A program made the translations under genes and the position numbers. Shown here piece by piece: positions 12,411 through 28,250 of a stretch of 64,000 nt of DNA; position 1 is the stretch's first letter; the number at the start of each line of letters is the position of its first letter. Source of the DNA: Eledone cirrhosa (Eukaryota); assembly GCA_964016885.1 (NCBI GenBank), contig OZ024757.1, positions 5,766,001 to 5,830,000 on the forward strand, written 5' to 3'. Under the pieces are notes generated by a model, which saw nothing but the letters and a program-made list of their open reading frames with translations, was not told where the DNA came from and made no database searches.

Positions 12411-14560
12411 CACTACTGCCACCATTACTACTACTACCACTACCACTACTACCACCATGGCTGCTACCACCATTACTACTACCACTACTACTACCACTAC
12501 CACTACTACCACCACTGCTGCTACCACCATTACTAATACTACTGCTACCACCATTACTACTACTACCACTACCACTACTACCACCATGGCTGCTACCACC
12601 ATTACTACTACCACTACTACTACTACTACTACTACCACTACCACTACTACCACCACTGCTGCTACCACCATTACTAATACTACTGCTACCACCATAACTA
12701 CTACTACCACTACTATCACTACCACCATTACTAATACTACTACTGCTACCACTACTGCTGCTACCACCATTACTAATACTACTACTGCTACCACCATTAC
12801 TACTAATACTACTACTACTACCACTACTGCTACTACCACCATTACTACTACTACTACTAGTGCTACCACCATTACTACTACTACTACTAGTGCTACCACC
12901 ATCATTACTACTACTACTACCACCATCATTACTACTACTACTACTATTACCACCACCACTACTACTACCACTACCACTACTACTACCACCACCACCACCA
13001 CCACCATTACTACCACTACTGCTATTACCACTACCACCGCCACTACTACTACTACTACTGCTGCTACGACTACTACATCTACCACTACTACCACCACTAC
13101 TACTACTAACACCACTACCACCATCACCACCACCATCGCTACCACTATCACCACTACAACTACTACTAACACCCCTACTACTACTAACACCACCACTACT
13201 ACTACTACTAACACCACCACTACTAACACCACTACCACCATCGCTACCACTATCACCACTACAACTACTACCAACACCACTACTACCACTATCACCACTA
13301 CCACCACTACTACTACTAACACCACTACCACTATCACCACCACTACCAGCTAAACTACCCCCACCACCATTACTACTACTAACACCACTACCACTATCAC
13401 CACCACTACCAGCTAAACTACCCCCACCACCACTACTACTACCACTTCTACCAATATTATTACTACTACAAATACTACTACCACCACCACCACCTAAACT
13501 ATCACCACCACTACCACACCCACCACACACAACCATTACCACTGCCACCACCACTATCAACTGCCACCACCTTCTACCCTTATCACCACCACCACCACCA
13601 CCACACCCACCACACACAACCATTATCACCACCACCACCACCACCACACCCACTACCATCACCACTATCAACTGCCACCACCTTCTACCCTTATCACCAC
13701 CACCACCACCACCACACCCACCACACACAACCATTATCACCACCACCACCACCACCACCACACCCACTGCCACCACCACTATCAACTGCCACCACCTTCT
13801 ACCCTTATCACCACCACCACCACCACCACACCCACCACACACAACCATTATCACCACCACCACCACCACCACCACACCCACTACCATCACCACTATCAAC
13901 TGCCACCACCTTCTACCCTTATCACCACCACCACCACCACCACCACCACAACCATCACCACTATCACCATCACCCCACATCACCACCACTGCAACCACCT
14001 TCTACCATTATCACCACCACCACCACCACCACTGCCACCAACACTACCATTATCACCATCATCACCACCACCACCTCCACTACCATCACCACCACCACCA
14101 CTACCATCACCACTATCACCACCATGGCCACCACCACCTTCTACCATTATCACCACCACAACCACTGCCACCACCACTACCATTATCACCACCACCACCA
14201 CCACCACTATCACCACCACCACCACTATCACCACCACTGGCACCACCACTATCACCACCACCACCACCACTACTACCACCACTGCCACCACCACTACCAT
14301 TATCACCACCACCACCACCGCTATCACCACCACTGCCACCACCACTATCACCACTATCACCACCACCACCACTGCCACCACCACCACCACCACCACTGCC
14401 ACCACCACTATCACCACTATCACCACCACTGCCACCACCACCACCACCACTGCCACCACCACTACCATTATCACCACCACCACCACCGCTATCACCACCA
14501 CTACCACCACCACTATCACCACTACTGCCACCACCACTACCATTATCACCACCACCACCA
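12235..14560. repeat. Compound (ACT/ACC)n trinucleotide tract with ~120-bp higher-order units at 13500-13940
   Basis: Long low-complexity run open in several frames on both strands (poly-T, P, V, H, G/S). Confidence 0.95.
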
Positions 14561-15553
14561 CAATTCTGTGTTTGGGTGTGTACTTCCCCACCATCTGTTT
14601 ATGGGGGAGAATATACTGACCAATTACCACAAAGTGAGAAATAAATAATGACATAATCAAAATCTTGTAAATTCCATATTATGTGAGATAATTATGTGAG
14701 AAAAAGCCTTTACCATGAAAATATAATAGTAATGTAAATGCTAAAGGGTTAATGCTATCGTTAATATTAATTATCATTAGAAAATAAAATTACAGATCAA
14801 AGTTTATAAATTTAAAACTTCAAAAATCTAAATATTTAAACATTTCAAATTTCAAAAATTAAAAGTCAGAAACCCAGAAACTGTTGGACATCTCTAACAG
14901 TTGACGGAAATTTAACTATGAACCAACTTTCGACCAGATTAATGAGAGAACCAAAAGCAACGATAACCTCTTATTTTCCTGCAACACCTTTTATTTCACA
15001 CTAAACCCTAGAAAGAAGATCTCCTACTATGTCCCATTCTAGCTCACCTAACTATGGACAGCCAGAGAAGTCTATTTGTACCCTGCTGTGACTAGACTGA
15101 CCAAAACATCCAAAGCACTGAATATAACTGGACTCTTTATAATTTCTTTCCATTCGGACATTTTTCACATATTTTTTCCCCTTATTTTCTTTCACCTGTC
15201 ATTTTCATTAAGATGCCAATTTTTTTTCTAGTATGGAGTCATAACAAATTAATAGACTATTCCCTGCATTACTACCAACATTTAATATCCAATTTTGAAC
15301 CCAATTCCTATTTACCAATATACACAACAACCAGTTAGATATTATTCTTACTATATTCGACTAATATCTAAATTTCTAGATTTCTAATTTTTTATTTTTT
15401 AAATTAAAAATGTTTGATCTGTAATTTCACTTCCTAATGATAATTAATATTACCCATAGCTTTAAATTATATTCTCCCTTTGCGGTTATTGGTCGGTATA
15501 TTATCCCGCCATAAATGGGAGGTGGGGACACACACACCCAAACACAGAATTCT
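14561..15553. mobile_element. Fold-back/MITE-like element with long diverged terminal inverted repeats
   Basis: aattctgtgtttgggtgtgt..ccccacc..tttatgg.gg at 14561-14650 is the reverse complement of 15455-15553. aattacagatcaaa (14788) pairs with tttgatctgtaattt (15413). A piggyBac-MITE right end (gctaaaggg|ttaa, 14675-14752) lies inside the left arm. Confidence 0.65.
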
Positions 15554-15898
15554 GCCGAACACCGAAGCTAGCAGTAAACAACAAATCTGTGGCTGAATTG
15601 AAATCTCTGTGACTGTATCATATTGCCAGCTAAGATGGTGGAGGACTGGTGTGAATCACCTATGGTAGTAGTAATCTGGGTGGTGGTTAAGTGATCAACT
15701 TCCTGCAACTCTGTATCTACGCTGAGCTGTCGGGAAGTTCTGAAGTTCACAAGGGAGCTGACAACCCCAGCAAAAACAATAATTTTTTTTAGACCACTCC
15801 CTTGCACCCAGGACAGCCTCTGAAACGTAACATTTTACTCAATTTTGCTTAGTTTGGAACTGGTAAAATCTTTATATATATATATATATATATATATA

Positions 15899-16577
<679 letters not shown>

Positions 16578-16579
<2 letters not shown>

Positions 16580-18073
16580 TTGGTGCAGTAGCATCATTGT
16601 CAACTGCTACAAAGGTAAAGGCGATGCACTAGATAGAGGAAACTATAGAGGTATAAAGTTGATGGACCAGGTCATGAAAGTAACAGAAAGAGTTATAGCA
16701 CAGCTGATTAGGGACCGGGTGAATATAGACGAGATGCAATTTGGGTTTGTTCCAGGGAAAGGCACCACTGATGCGCTCTTCCTTGTGAGGCAATTACAGG
16801 AAAAGTACCTAGCTAAAAGTAAGCCACTCTACTTGGCATTTGTCGACCTTGAGAAAGCCTTTGACAGAGTTCCACGTGCAGTAATCTGGTGGGCTCTTAG
16901 AAAACTAGGAGTAGATGAATGGCTTGTGAAAGCGGTACAAGCCATGTATAGGGGAGCAGTCAGCAAAGTTAGGATTGGCAATGAGTATAGCGAGGAATTT
17001 AGCGTACAGGTTGGGGTCCACCAGGGCTCTGTTCTTAGCCCTCTCCTGTTCATCATAGTCCTGCAGGCAATAACGGAGGAGTTTAAGACCGGATGCCCAT
17101 GGGAACTCCTGTATGCTGATGACCTCGCACTCATAGCTGAATCTATGGTAGAACTAGAGAATAAATTCCAAACCTGGAAGCAGGGACTAGAGAGAAAGGG
17201 CCTCAAAGTCAACATGACAAAGACTAAGGTCCTTATAAGTAGACGAGAAAACAGAACCCAGATCCCCTCAGGGAAATGGCCTTGCTCAGTATGTAGGAAA
17301 GGTGTAGGTAGGAACTCCATTCTTTGCCCCAAATGCAAACAATGGGTACACAAGAGATGTAGCGGGATCTCAGGAAGCTTAATTAAGAATGTAGGATTCA
17401 CATGCAGCAGCTGTGCTGAAACAGCAAGCAAACAGCCACAGGAAACAAGTACCACCAATCTCTGGGAGGGCCCTGTAGAAACAGTAGACAGCTTCTGCTA
17501 CCTAGGTGACCGAATTAGCAACGGAGGTGGGTGCTCAGAAAGTACAATAACTAGGGTAAGAACGGGATGGAAGAAGTTTAGGGAACTACTACCACTGCTA
17601 GCTGCAAAAGGCTTCTCCCTCAGAATGAAAGGCAGACTGTATGATGCGTGTATCCGAACAGCGATGTTGCATGGTAGTGAGACCTGGGCGCTGAAGGTGG
17701 AAGATTACGTAGATTAGAGAGAAACGAAGCCTGCATGCTCCGATGGATGTGTAACAGTAATATACGTGAACGACAAAGCATAAATGAATTGAGAGAGAGA
17801 CTGAGCATAAGAGGAATCAAATGCTGCGTGCAGGAGAGGCGGTTACGCTGGTATGGACATGTGATGCGTATGAAGGATGACAGCTGCATAAAAAGGTGCA
17901 GAGCACTAGAAGTTGATGGAAACCGCGGAGTGGGGAGACCCAAGATGACTTGGGATGAGGTGATAAAAGCCGACCTTACCCAACTACACCTCTCAAAGTC
18001 AATGACACACGACCGTGACTTCTGGCGTCACGCAGTAATACAGGGTACCCGACCTCCCATGGGTACATGCTGA
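16578..18073 (+). pseudogene. LINE reverse transcriptase ORF (5'-truncated, one frameshift near 17705) with a PHD-like C4HC3 finger
   Basis: Motifs YKGKGDALDRGNYRGIKL, QFGFVPGKGTTDA, FVDLEKAFD, GVHQGSVLSP, LLYADD, FCYLG, LHGSETW. ORF 16659..17717 continues in 17735..18073 after a 1-bp loss. Confidence 0.93.
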
Positions 18074-18370
18074 AGCATATAAACAATATGCCCCCCCCCC
18101 CCCACCGCAAGGTGGCCGTGGAGGTGCCACGGCAAAAAAGCACCCAGCCCACACTGTAAAGTGGACGTGTAGGCGCCACGAAAAAGCACCCAGCACTCAC
18201 TGTAAATGAGGTTGGTGTTAGGAAGGGCATCCAGCTGTAGAAATCAAGCCAGATCAGTTCCTGTATGAGCAAGGCATGGTCAGCCGACCAGACACTGCCC
18301 ACAACAGGACAACCCGTCTAACCCATGCTAGCGTGGAAGAACGGACGTAAAACGGTGATGATGATGTGAT
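16578..18370 (+). mobile_element. RTE-clade LINE (family B), 5'-truncated and relatively young, between (TA)n runs
   Basis: Complete RT domain, 3' UTR with internal repeats, and tail ggacgtaaaacggtgatgatgatgtgatgatgat. Endonuclease domain is missing. Confidence 0.95.
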
Positions 18371-18403
18371 GATGATATATATATATATATTTATATATAT
18401 ATT

Positions 18404-18605
<202 letters not shown>

Positions 18606-18654
18606 TATATATATATATTTATATATATATATTTATATATATATATTTATATAA

Positions 18655-18710
<56 letters not shown>

Positions 18711-18868
18711 ATATATATTTATATATAAATATATATAAATATATATATATATAAATATATATATATATAAATATAAATATTTATATATATATATATATAT
18801 ATTTATATATAAATATATATAAATATATATATATATAAATATAAATATATATATATATAAATATATAT

Positions 18869-18943
<75 letters not shown>

Positions 18944-18952
18944 AATATATAT

Positions 18953-19150
18953 GAACCAGTAAGACCCCAACGGCTGAGCTCAAGCCGTTTCGACGGCTAA
19001 TTCTGGACTCTGAGTCCAGAATTAGCCGTCGAAACGGCTTGAGCTCAGCCATCGGGGTCTTACTGGTTCCTATTACCCACTCTACTACCCCAAGTATTGA
19101 GTACTTTGGTGCGTTATGGTCCACCTGGTTCCTTACCACATTTCCTTCGT
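18953..19150 (+). mobile_element. Fold-back hammerhead-family insert (58-bp arms, centre 19011) in (TA)n
   Basis: Palindrome 18953-19069. The consensus of the two arms gives GAAA-CGGCT-TGAGCTC-AGCCG-TC (stem III plus GUC). Bulged hairpin cactc-tac-..-gta-tt-gagta at 19078-19103. Confidence 0.75.
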
Positions 19151-19167
19151 TATATAAATATATATAA

Positions 19168-19198
<31 letters not shown>

Positions 19199-19199
19199 A

Positions 19200-19234
<35 letters not shown>

Positions 19235-19506
19235 AATATATATATAAATATATATATAAATATATATATAAATATATATATATAAATATATATAAATATA
19301 TATATAAATATATATATAAATATATATAAATATATATATATATAAATATATATATAAATATATATATATATAAATATATATAAATATATATATATATAAA
19401 TATTTATATATATATATTTATATATATATAAATATTTATATATATATATTTATATATATATTTATATATATATATATAAATATTTATATATATATATTTA
19501 TATATA

Positions 19507-19555
<49 letters not shown>

Positions 19556-19687
19556 ATTTATATATATATATTATATATATATATTTATATATATATATTT
19601 ATATATATATATTTATATATATATATTTATATATATATATTTATATATTTATATATATAAATATATATATATAAATATATATATATA

Positions 19688-19719
<32 letters not shown>

Positions 19720-19752
19720 AAATATATATATATATATATAAATATATATATA

Positions 19753-19863
<111 letters not shown>

Positions 19864-20209
19864 TATATATATATAAATATTTATATAGATATATATTTAT
19901 ATATATATAAATATATATATATAAATATTTATATAGATATATATTTATATATATATAAATATATATATATAAATATTTATATAGATATATATTTATATAT
20001 TTATATTTATATATATTTATATATATTTATATATTTATATATATTTATATATATTTATATATATATTTATATATATTTATATATATATTTATATATATTT
20101 ATATATATATATTTATATATATATTTATATATATATTTATATATATTTATATATATATATATTTATATATATATTTATATATATATTTATATATATTTAT
20201 ATATATATA

Positions 20210-20268
<59 letters not shown>

Positions 20269-20293
20269 ATTTATATTTATATATATATATATT

Positions 20294-20324
<31 letters not shown>

Positions 20325-20411
20325 ATTTATATATATATATATATATATTTATATATAAATATATATAAATATATATATATATAAATATATATATATATAA
20401 ATATAAATATT

Positions 20412-20445
<34 letters not shown>

Positions 20446-20502
20446 AATATATATAAATATATATATATATAAATATAAATATATATATATATAAATATAT
20501 AT

Positions 20503-20579
<77 letters not shown>

Positions 20580-20588
20580 AATATATAT

Positions 20589-20790
20589 GAACCAGTAAGA
20601 CCCCGATGGCTGAGCTCAAGCCGTTTCGACGGCTAATTCTGGACTCTGAGTCCAGAATTAGCCGTCGAAACGGCTTGAGCTCAGCCATCGGGGTCTTACT
20701 GGTTCCTATTACCCACTCTACTACCCCAAGTATTGAGTACTTTGGTGCGTTATGGTCCACCTGGTTCCTTACCACATTTCCTTCGTTATA
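20589..20790 (+). mobile_element. Second copy of 18953-19150 (tandem duplication, offset 1636 bp)
   Basis: Identical except that the left arm is a perfect complement of the right arm. The surrounding TA-run patterns are duplicated as well. Confidence 0.8.
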
Positions 20791-20803
20791 TAAATATATA
20801 TAA

Positions 20804-20834
<31 letters not shown>

Positions 20835-21142
20835 AATATATATATAAATATATATATAAATATATATATAAATATATATATAAATATATATATAAATATA
20901 TATATAAATATATATATATAAATATATATAAATATATATATAAATATATATATAAATATATATAAATATATATATATATAAATATATATATAAATATATA
21001 TATATATAAATATATATAAATATATATATATATAAATATTTATATATATATATTTATATATATATAAATATTTATATATATATATTTATATATATATTTA
21101 TATATATATATATAAATATTTATATATATATATTTATATATA

Positions 21143-21190
<48 letters not shown>

Positions 21191-21306
21191 TATATATATA
21201 TATTTATATATATATATTTATATATATATATTTATATATATATATTTATATATATATATTTATATATTTATATATATAAATATATATATATAAATATATA
21301 TATATA

Positions 21307-21338
<32 letters not shown>

Positions 21339-21359
21339 AAATATATATATATATATATA

Positions 21360-21480
<121 letters not shown>

Positions 21481-21740
21481 TATATATATATAAATATTTA
21501 ATATATTTAGAAACACACAGATACATGCGGACACACACATATATACATGAATGCATCCGCACCCAACTGTGAGTTAAGGGTGCCAACTTCACCGATGTTG
21601 CTCAATGAATGACTGGGACAGACCAATTCAGTTTGAACCAGACTGAACCAGTATCAGAGTTAAAAATACATTATGAAGAGAGAAGAAACATTTAGATATA
21701 ATTAGTAATAAAATGTATCATACCTAAACTGTTCCTAAAT

Positions 21741-21828
21741 TCCTCGACTACGTAGTTTCGTGGCATAAACAAAAACAATATATCAAAGATATAGAGTCCT
21801 TGCGAGGTCTGCCGACTTATCAAGAGGA
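21741..21828 (-). ncRNA. Type I hammerhead ribozyme, U3/A8 core variant
   Basis: Minus strand reads tcctc-TTGATAA-gtcggca...tgccac-GAAA-ctacgtag-TC-gagga. Stem I is 5 bp, loop III is palindromic, the cleavage triplet is GUC. The element tail runs to about 21560 (ggcacccttaa). Confidence 0.8.
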
Positions 21829-22178
21829 TACCTCATTTTATATAGATATATATTTATATATATATAAATATATATATATAAATATTTATATAGATATATA
21901 TTTATATATATATAAATATATATATATAAATATTTATATAGATATATATTTATATATTTATATTTATATATATTTATATATATTTATATATTTATATATA
22001 TTTATATATATTTATATATATATTTATATATATTTATATATATATTTATATATATTTATATATATATATTTATATATATATTTATATATATATTTATATA
22101 TATATTTATATATATTTATATATATATATATTTATATATATATTTATATATATATTTATATATATTTATATATATATA

Positions 22179-22241
<63 letters not shown>

Positions 22242-22266
22242 ATTTATATTTATATATATATATATT

Positions 22267-22321
<55 letters not shown>

Positions 22322-22438
22322 ATATTTATATATATATATTTATATATATTTATATATATATATATTTATATATATATGTATATATATAATTATATTTATA
22401 TATATATATATTTATATATATATGTATATATATAATTA

Positions 22439-22519
<81 letters not shown>

Positions 22520-22582
22520 CTATATTTATATATATATATAACTATATTTATATATATATATATTTATATATATATATAACTA

Positions 22583-22620
<38 letters not shown>

Positions 22621-22878
22621 TAATTATATATATATATATATATATAAATATAGTTATATATATATATCATCATCATCATAAAATGATGATGATGATGATG
22701 ATGATATATATATCACTATATTTATATATATATATATAATTATATTTATATATATATATATATATATATATAATTATATTTATATATCTATATTTATATA
22801 TATATATATAAATATATATTTATATATATATATTTATTTATATATATATATTTATATATATCAATATATATATATATT

Positions 22879-22910
<32 letters not shown>

Positions 22911-23030
22911 AATATATATATTTATATATATATAAATATATTTATATATGTATATATATATATTTATATATATATAAATATATATATATATAAATATATA
23001 TATATTTATATATATATTTATATATATATT

Positions 23031-23061
<31 letters not shown>

Positions 23062-23077
23062 GTATATATATAGAGAG

Positions 23078-23123
<46 letters not shown>

Positions 23124-23170
23124 CTCTCTATATATGTATATATATAGAGAGATTTATATATATATGTAAG

Positions 23171-23208
<38 letters not shown>

Positions 23209-23217
23209 TACATATAT

Positions 23218-23410
23218 TAGATTAGAGCAAAAATCCCGGGCACTCTATCTCAAAATTATTTTTGAAAAGCATTAGAAATGCGCAACCGGTGAAAGCTTAA
23301 AACTAAAACTGAATACTAATTAATACTTATTACTAATTTATACTTATTCCTAATTAAACTATTTTTCACTGGGAAAAATTTGTTACCATTTTCTTTTCCT
23401 TTTTACTAAT
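23218..23410 (+). mobile_element. Single-arm copy of the 55801-56190 hammerhead-like family (inactive core)
   Basis: cactctatctcaaaattatt-TTGAAAA-gcatt..aatgc-GCAA-ccgg-tg matches 56010-56185. Lies between TA runs. Confidence 0.7.
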
Positions 23411-23509
23411 ATATTTATATATATATATACAAATATATATATCATCATCATCATCATCATCATTTTACGTTCGCTCTTTCCTGCTTGCAAATTTACATAT
23501 ATATATATA

Positions 23510-24038
<529 letters not shown>

Positions 24039-24489
24039 CATCATTCATCCTCATTTCTGTTTAATGTCAATTTTTCCACGCTTGTATGGGTTAGATGGGT
24101 TGTCTACGGTGGGAGGCAAGTCTGGCCAGGGTTGGCCATGTGTTGGACCTTCCGCCAGCAAGGACTGTAAATTTGACTGAGTATTTTATAGCTGGATGTC
24201 CTTTCTAACATGAACCAGATTTAGAGTGTGGAATTGGAGGGCACCGCTATGAGACGCGACATATTTTCGGAGCCTGACCCATCACACAGTGGGAACCATA
24301 GTTTTGGAGTCCGGTATTGGATGGCACCAATACGAGGAGCCTAACCCACCCCACCACTATGAGGAGGGGCAGCCAGTTGGCCATGCAAAACCCACATGTT
24401 ACCACAGTTTTGGGGCCCATCCCTCTCCAGGCAGATTTCTTCCAGAGAAAGATAGAAAGTGAGAGAAAGGAAATGAGATGTAGAGGAAG

Positions 24490-24580
24490 AATCAACCCCA
24501 GTATTTGACTGGTACTTTTTTGTCGACCTTGAAAGGATGAAAGACAAAATTGACCCCAGCAGGATTTGAAACCAGAGACC
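24490..24580 (-). mobile_element. SINE core fragment (diverged)
   Basis: ctggtactttt..gtcgacc..aaaggatgaaagacaaa..ggatttgaaacc. Confidence 0.6.
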
Positions 24581-24639
24581 AGAATGAATACCATAAAGCA
24601 TACACATATATAAAAATGTATATATACATATATATAACC

Positions 24640-24895
24640 AACATTAAATTAAGGGTGCCATAACATCTCTAAAATATGCTCAAAGATTCTAATGGATAGA
24701 TCCAAGCATTTATAAGCATTCAATTAAAAATCGATTGACATATATATATATAAAATAAACATATCAAACAATCACAGGGGATAACTTGTAAAGAGTGTAA
24801 GCACACATAGGTAGGTAGGGAACTAATTAAAATTTAACGAGAACTTCAAATATAGATACCTTTCAATAATGATTAATCTCCTATATACATATATA
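24640..24895 (-). mobile_element. 3' tail of a hammerhead-superfamily element (family shared with 57110-57385)
   Basis: Collinear with 57110-57360. Minus-strand bulged hairpin tgctt-ggat-..-atct-tt-gagca and terminus ggcacccttaa, as at 21575. Confidence 0.55.
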
Positions 24896-25109
24896 TCTAC
24901 AATTATATAAAATAATATTTTCCTTGCTACCGAGAAATCAATATGACAAATTTTGAAGTGAATAAAATTGACATCTTACCTGAAGGACAACAATTTCTTC
25001 TTTGACAGATTTCTTTAGACTTTTAATAATCAGGTGCCTGTAATTTAATGAAACGATCTTTATATGACCCTTACATATATATTTCAGAAGAGGATGTAAA
25101 TAATATTTT

Positions 25110-25462
<353 letters not shown>

Positions 25463-25508
25463 ATATACATATATTTATATACACCGTAGACAATAGAAAC
25501 TTCTAGAT

Positions 25509-25585
<77 letters not shown>

Positions 25586-25598
25586 GTGCGTGTGTATG

Positions 25599-25631
<33 letters not shown>

Positions 25632-25662
25632 ATATACATACACACGCACATATATATATGTA

Positions 25663-25694
<32 letters not shown>

Positions 25695-25907
25695 ATGTAT
25701 ATATATATATATGTGTGTGTGTGTATGTGTGCATGTGTGTGGGCGTGTGTCTGTGTGTATATTTTATCAGTATCAGTAACTAGACATTAGCCATGCTGGA
25801 GCAATACTTCACTTAGTCTATCATATCGACCCAAGTTCCTATTGTTTTAAAATCTGGTAAATATTTTCTCAGTCATATATTTGTTGAACTATTGATATAT
25901 ATATATA

Positions 25908-25982
<75 letters not shown>

Positions 25983-26610
25983 TATTTGTTGTTTTCGTAA
26001 TTGTTTTGGCATTAATATATGCTGGTTGGATGTCCTTCCTAACACCAGCTCCACCATTTTACAGCATGGACTAAGTGGTTTTATTGTGCCACCAGCACTA
26101 GAGAGGTTATCTTACTGGACTCAGAGGCCCTATCCACCCCACCATTTTAAAGCATGGACTGGGTGGTTTTATTGTGCTACCATCACTTGAGAGGTTGTCT
26201 TACTCAACTCAGAGCTCTTCTTCACTCCATAGTTTAGCATGGATGTTACTACCATTACCTCCATGTTACAGCATGGACTGGGTGCTTTTATTCATGCCAC
26301 CAACAGTAGGGAAGTCATCTTACTAGATTTAGGGGACTTCTCTAATTTATTCGGAGTGGTAGCTCTCCTAGGCGGGTTGCCTACACTACATCTTGTGGAG
26401 CCTTCATCCGACCCGTGACTGCCCTGAGTGGAACTGGGTTCAAGATGCTATAAACACGAGGAAGTTGCTAGCATACAGTGTCAGGCATTTATAGTGGAGG
26501 TGGTAGAGGTGGGGTGGGCAGGTGGTTTAGGAAATGGCGATTTCCTAACACAGGTTTATTGTACAAATACATACACATAAATATAGACATCCTATATAAG
26601 AAATTACGTA

Positions 26611-26642
<32 letters not shown>

Positions 26643-26873
26643 GACACACATTCAACACGCATATAAACATCTATATATGATCATACACATCAATATATGT
26701 GAACATCGAAAGAAATCAGGAAATTGAAAATCAACATTTATCTGTGCTCTATATCCATCTACACTAATGACCCTTTTTTTAAGTCTCATCTCAGCATCTC
26801 TTAACACAGCTTATGGCACAAATACGCATAAATATTGCCATCCTATCGCAATTTCCTAACACAGCTTTATATA

Positions 26874-26905
<32 letters not shown>

Positions 26906-27040
26906 ATTTATACTTATATATACACTATATATAATTATAAACAGGAAAGGTCAGTAATTCATTACTACCTTATTACCAGTAAGAAAAATAGCTCGATGTA
27001 AATACATCAGATGTTTTACAGAGCTGGAATATAAATTACA

Positions 27041-27197
27041 GAGTGAAGATGATGTGGTCAGTATCAGTGGATGCGACAAAGATTATAAAGGAATAATATG
27101 TATTATTCTTTTATAATCTTTTATAATCTCTATAATTGTATTATTCTTTTATAATCTTTGTTGCATCCACTGATACTGACCACATCATCTTCACTCT
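27041..27197. repeat. Inverted repeat, ~55-bp arms
   Basis: gagtgaagatgatgtggtcagtatcagtggatgc pairs with gcatccactgatactgaccacatcatcttcactc. Lies about 100 bp upstream of the hammerhead at 27294. Confidence 0.9.
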
Positions 27198-27293
27198 TTA
27201 AATATGACACTGTTAATGACAACACTAACATCTACGTATCTTTACAATTGTTCTGTGGAATAGGAGGTTAATTATATTTCTAAACTTTGCTAG

Positions 27294-27340
27294 TGCTCCG
27301 ATGATTCCAAACGAAAGTTTGGAAGAAACGATTGTCAGCA
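27294..27340 (+). ncRNA. Minimal type I hammerhead ribozyme (U4C substitution)
   Basis: tgct-CCGATGA-ttccaaac-gaaa-gtttggaa-GAAA-cgattg-TC-agca. Perfect 8-bp stem II with a GNRA loop, near-palindromic loop III, GUC triplet. Confidence 0.8.
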
Positions 27341-27380
27341 ATACAATGTTTTGAACATAGTTTTGATTATTCTGTAATTG

Positions 27381-27437
<57 letters not shown>

Positions 27438-27677
27438 TAGATAGATAAATATACACGGGTGTGTATGATTCTGTATAGAAGATTATATTAATAAAAGGAA
27501 TTCCAACTTTGTCTGATTTACTCGTTTTATTTACAATCCTTTAAAATTTATAATGGTATTAGAATGAAATAGTATGGTAGAATATTAAATGTTAAGTGTT
27601 AATTGAACAATTACTTTCATGCGTTCGCAGTCTTCAGGTTCAAATTCTGTGGTGACAGTCAAGTTTGCAATTTTCAA

Positions 27678-27719
<42 letters not shown>

Positions 27720-27721
<2 letters not shown>

Positions 27722-28250
27722 TACAAGGGTAAAGGTCATACACTAGACAGGAGAAACCACAGGGGGATACAAATAATGGACCAAGTTACAGAAAGGGTTT
27801 TCACAAAAGGAAGTGCACCACAGATGCCCTGGTTTTAGTAAGACAACTACAAGAGAGGTTCTTAGCTAAGAATAAGCCTCTATATCTAGCTTTTGATGAT
27901 CTAGAAAAGGCCTTTGACAGAGTACTCTGATTGGTCATCTGGTGGTATTTAACCCTTTAGCATTCAAACCGGCCATATCCGGCCAGAAATGTCTCACCTC
28001 TTTCTGTTCAAATCAGCTGTAACTGGCCACTCATACTGATGTTAAGGTATTATTCTCAAGATAAATAACATCAAAATCTCATAGATTCGATATTATGTGA
28101 GATAATTATGTAAGATAAAGTGTTTACTACCAAAATACAATAGTATATATAGAGTAATGTGAAGGCTAAAGGGTTAAGGAAACTAGGTGTAGAAGTGTGG
28201 GAGCTTTTAAGAGTAGTGCAAGCAATGTACAGAGGAGCTGTCAGTAAAGC
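27720..28250 (+). mobile_element. Degenerate RTE RT fragment (family B) interrupted by a MITE
   Basis: CYKGKG..LVRQLQERFLAKNKPLYLAFDDLEKAFDRV..KLGV..VQAMYRGAVSK. Confidence 0.85.
27953..28173. mobile_element. piggyBac-type MITE (221 bp)
   Basis: TTAA duplication at 27949-52 and 28174-77. TIR ccctttagc(a/c)ttca. Removing it restores the LINE sequence. Confidence 0.9.

Noticed and set aside
12079-14660. 424-608-aa poly-Thr, Pro, Val and Gly-Ser ORFs resembling a mucin or extensin
   Set aside because: They are open in several frames on both strands because of the (ACT/ACC)n composition. No signal peptide, non-repetitive domain or clear splice context.
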